Assembly (NCBI GenBank): GCA_951406725.2
Contig: OX597830.1
Location: 22,072,001-22,136,000 of the forward strand
DNA from: Octopus vulgaris
Taxonomy: Eukaryota
DNA: 64,000 nucleotides
Direction of reading: 5' to 3'
Of the stretch, positions 62,101-64,000 are shown piece by piece (the stretch's first letter is position 1; each line of letters starts with the position of its first letter). The notes beneath the pieces are model-generated. The model made no database searches and was not told the DNA's origin. It was given only the letters and a program-made list of their open reading frames with translations. The position numbers and the translations under genes were made by a program.

Positions 62101-62888
62101 AGCTGCCTTGTTTGTAAGAGTGCTTTTTCTCTAAGTATTTCAGGCTGTATGCTTTGCATGAAATGCTGCAACACAGCTAAGACTGAACCACTTAGAGAAC
62201 CTGAGACAATACTTTTGGTTTTGCATGGGATATAAAGGGACATGCCAAAGAGTATGTTTTCTGTCACCTGCCTAGCTGTCTCTGATGGGTCCAGATTCAA
62301 GCATGTATGTCAAAGAAAATAGTGTAGAACTGGTGGAGTTCTAACCAATCTGCTATAAACTAAAGTGCCAAAGAGTTCAAGTGAGCAGGGAAGGTATGTC
62401 AAGCAGTACATGGATATGTTGTGGACAACCACACACAAAGCAGAGAGTGGTGGTGGTTTGACAGTGGCTACATTTGGAGAAGAGAAAGTTGTTTAGAGTG
62501 TAAACACACACTAGACTAGTATAAATAGTGTGAATATAAGTACTAATTAGTAATAAATATGATTAGTAAAAAATTACATGAAATAGAAGAAACAAATTTT
62601 ATTCAACATACCTTGCCATATTTGGTAAAAAGCACTTTAAGGTCTGTAGCACGGGTACTTGTGGCAAGACCACTGACCCACAGATTTCGATTACTTTGGT
62701 CATTGCCTATTAAGTACAGAAATAAACTAATATGAAAAGATTACCAGGAAACCAGACCCTGTAAGATTAAAATTTCAAATACCTCACATTTAAAACAAAA
62801 GCTTAGTGAATAAGATTCAGAACATGTAGAATAATAAAAAAACTTACTTCTCATATTCTTGATAACTTTGGGTTTAGAAGCTGAAGAA
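46873..62888 (-). CDS. SAFB: SAFB/SLTM-family protein, paralog B (canonical RRM); 5'-partial, upstream exons lie outside the window
   Basis: Exons 62848-62888, 62612-62706, 59683-59832, 58124-58205, 57252-57383, 56517-56707, 55405-55565, 53822-53947, 51154-51261, 49480-49623, 48187-48372, 47682-47821, 46873-47222, all phase-compatible [53 protein letters not shown] closely matches the vertebrate SAFB RRM as I recall it. Confidence 0.92.
47682..47821 (-). CDS. SAFB: SAFB-B exon ([14 protein letters not shown]...VRNSF)
   Basis: tccag / G|gtaagc. Confidence 0.87.
48187..48372 (-). CDS. SAFB: SAFB-B R/D/E-rich exon
   Basis: Within ORF 48183-48413; tttcag / CG|gtaatt. Confidence 0.87.
48541..48765 (+). 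mobile_element. SINE family B with 20-bp TSD
   Basis: TSD ggtataacaatttcagagaa at 48521-48540 and 48766-48785; other copies at 6561-6790(+), 8335-8525(-), 16965-17135(-), 35095-35306(-). Confidence 0.85.
49480..49623 (-). CDS. SAFB: SAFB-B exon ([27 protein letters not shown]...FQNESR)
   Basis: atcag / CG|gtaagt; phase 2 to 2. Confidence 0.87.
50850..51101. mobile_element. Old degenerate hairpin MITE
   Basis: Imperfect inverted arms of about 95 bp (tgtaaatattgggtt / aacccaatatttaca; aaaggctgc / gcagccttt). Confidence 0.55.
51154..51261 (-). CDS. SAFB: SAFB-B coiled-coil exon, duplicate 2 ([15 protein letters not shown]...DVEMR)
   Basis: tttttcag / CG|gtaagt, symmetric phase 2 to 2. Confidence 0.78.
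51900..52265 (-). mobile_element. SINE family C with (gat)n tail
   Basis: catcatcat..gcgtccgctttccatgctagcatgggttggac; copies at 1-190, 16810-16940, 34783-35082, 45176-45326, 50300-50522. Confidence 0.75.
52715..53561. mobile_element. Decayed Merlin-like foldback MITE
   Basis: TSD tagtttct / tagtttcc; right end aaagatcgcc matches the 40818 family TIR; empty site at about 55229 in the duplicated unit. Confidence 0.75.
53738..53787 (-). CDS. SAFB: SAFB-B candidate alternative mini-exon made by duplication ([17 protein letters not shown])
   Basis: Copy of the 3' third of exon 55405-55565, with a junction-created ttacag acceptor and a retained AG|gtttgt donor; use unproven. Confidence 0.35.
53822..53947 (-). 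CDS. SAFB: SAFB-B coiled-coil exon, duplicate 1 ([15 protein letters not shown]...SAEMLR)
   Basis: ttttcag / CG|gtaagt, symmetric phase 2 to 2. Confidence 0.78.
55405..55565 (-). CDS. SAFB: SAFB-B coiled-coil exon ([10 protein letters not shown]...KVRENIR)
   Basis: 161 nt, phase 0 to 2. Confidence 0.85.
56517..56707 (-). CDS. SAFB: SAFB-B exon (DKSHATT...[11 protein letters not shown])
   Basis: tttcag acceptor, AAA|gtaagt donor; ILSFDEIK resembles the SAFB-family SFDKVK motif. Confidence 0.85.
57252..57383 (-). CDS. SAFB: SAFB-B K/R/S-rich exon (EKKDGDKK...SRSRHKSS)
   Basis: tttgcag acceptor, CAG|gtcagt donor, phase 1 to 1. Confidence 0.82.
58124..58205 (-). CDS. SAFB: SAFB-B exon ([27 protein letters not shown])
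   Basis: tttttag acceptor, G|gtatga donor, phase 0 to 1. Confidence 0.82.
58380..59480 (+). mobile_element. Decayed non-LTR retrotransposon of the RLE (Hero/NeSL/R2-like) group
   Basis: [25 protein letters not shown] matches the WLDLANAYGSVPH RT motif. Confidence 0.55.
59683..59832 (-). CDS. SAFB: SAFB-B RRM exon b ([50 protein letters not shown])
   Basis: Canonical SAFB RNP1 RCYGFVTM; catcag / AGG|gtgagt splice sites. Confidence 0.95.
59949..60343 (+). mobile_element. SINE family A, full length
   Basis: Consensus match. Confidence 0.85.
60660..62480 (-). mobile_element. Decayed CR1/L2-like LINE
   Basis: RT core relic ...LCLYINDLF...HPYVDDTF in ORF 61088-61339. Confidence 0.65.
62612..62706 (-). 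CDS. SAFB: SAFB-B RRM exon a ([27 protein letters not shown])
   Basis: Canonical SAFB RNP2 and helix 1; aatag / AAG|gtatgt splice sites. Confidence 0.95.
62848..62888 (-). CDS. SAFB: SAFB-B exon ([13 protein letters not shown])
   Basis: ttgcag acceptor, gtaagt donor, phase 2 to 1. Confidence 0.8.
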
Positions 62889-63283
62889 CTGCAACAATAA
62901 AACAATCATTGAGAAATATCAGAATGATGATTATCACTAATGAATGTCATAGAAGTGTATTGGAACAATTTTTCATCATTCATATGAATTAAATATAATT
63001 AGCAAAGTCAAACAATATCACTCCATTCTAGGACCCTAACTCTAAATAGATTTGTAGAGATACATATTTAAGAAAACAAATAAGGGCTATGTATGTATGT
63101 ATATAGACATATACATATGCACTTCTTAAAGAAATTTTTATTATGTAAGGGAGAAAGAATGATGCAATAGAATAACTAATATTTAGCAAAGCATAGACAT
63201 TCCACACACTATGTAGTAATGTAAATATTTATATTAACATCATATTGCATATAGGGGAAAGCATAATGATAGAAGAAGCTTAC

Positions 63284-63514
63284 CTGCTGCAAAGATGTGT
63301 TTTTGTAATAGTCATTTATTATCCCCTTTCAGGAATAAATGAATACAAAAGACACTAATTTCAAATGAAGATATTGGTGAAGACAATAAATGGATTACCT
63401 AAACTAGCTAACAACTGACACCACACATCAGCAACATGTGACCAACACTTATGAAGAAAAATGTACAAAAATACAAGAACTATAGTCTTCATGAAGCTAA
63501 AAAGAGGTCAGCAA
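63284..63514 (-). promoter_or_regulatory. Candidate conserved poison cassette exon in SAFB-B
   Basis: Same acceptor (exon starts 63496) and donors (after 63399 and 63284); in-frame TGA in the long form, frameshift in the short form. Confidence 0.6.
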
Positions 63515-64000
63515 GCAATGTGGAATTCCCTAAAGATTAACTGCTAATTTAGCAGGAACATGGCTGGAATACAGGAATCTTAAACTCAGACTTTTTGCTT
63601 TCCAAACATCTTCCAATTTGTATCTTGTCAAAAACATTTATTATCTAACATCGACTAAGTCCTGTCATTTTATTCTTGGGAACTTCAGGATCCCTCCTAT
63701 TCCTCCTCTGCTTCAATTGTAGTTGCCATCTTCGTCAAAACAGATAATTTGGCTTCTTGATATTGGTTAATCTGTTCCTGTGGAGAATGCGTCAGTAATT
63801 TGGTAATCACTTAACATCTGACTCTGAGAATGTGCAATTATATTTCAACTGAGACTCCTGACCCCAGCCAACCCCCGAACACTTTGCTGGCCCTTTTTAG
63901 TTCATGAACTATAGTTTACGATAACCATCTAAAATATGATGAATACTAGCGCAACATTAACTAGCAAACATCCTCATTGGTATCATCCATCACATGTACA

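Noticed and set aside
9082-64000. SAFB duplication as a haplotype or assembly artefact
   Set aside because: The copies differ in RRM sequence (44% identity), exon content and TE insertions, far beyond allelic variation

Overview
AT-rich, repeat-dense animal genomic DNA. The tRNA-derived SINE families look like those of Octopus, so a cephalopod origin is inferred, not proven. The window holds two head-to-tail paralogs of a SAFB/SLTM-family (scaffold attachment factor B) gene on the minus strand. Copy A is complete (ATG 42026 to stop 9082; 17 phase-consistent GT-AG exons, 2451 nt, 816 aa: SAP domain, RRM, E/R/K coiled coil, G/M-rich tail). Copy B is the 3' part of a second gene (exons 62888 to stop 46873; its 5' exons lie beyond 64000). 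Copy B has a canonical SAFB RRM. Copy A's RRM is only about 44% identical to it, with a codon pattern suggesting positive selection, and copy A seems to lack three linker exons. Both copies share a highly conserved intronic block with the splice signals of a stop-containing (poison) exon. Copy B carries an internal exon duplication. The rest is a nested mosaic of SINEs, decayed LINEs, Tc1/mariner (including a DD37E element in copy A's 3' UTR), piggyBac, Chapaev3, hAT-like, a mini LTR element, several GG...CC/8-bp-TSD (Merlin-type) MITEs, and a perfect 95-bp hairpin containing a hammerhead-like motif. All calls were made by eye, with no database searches.
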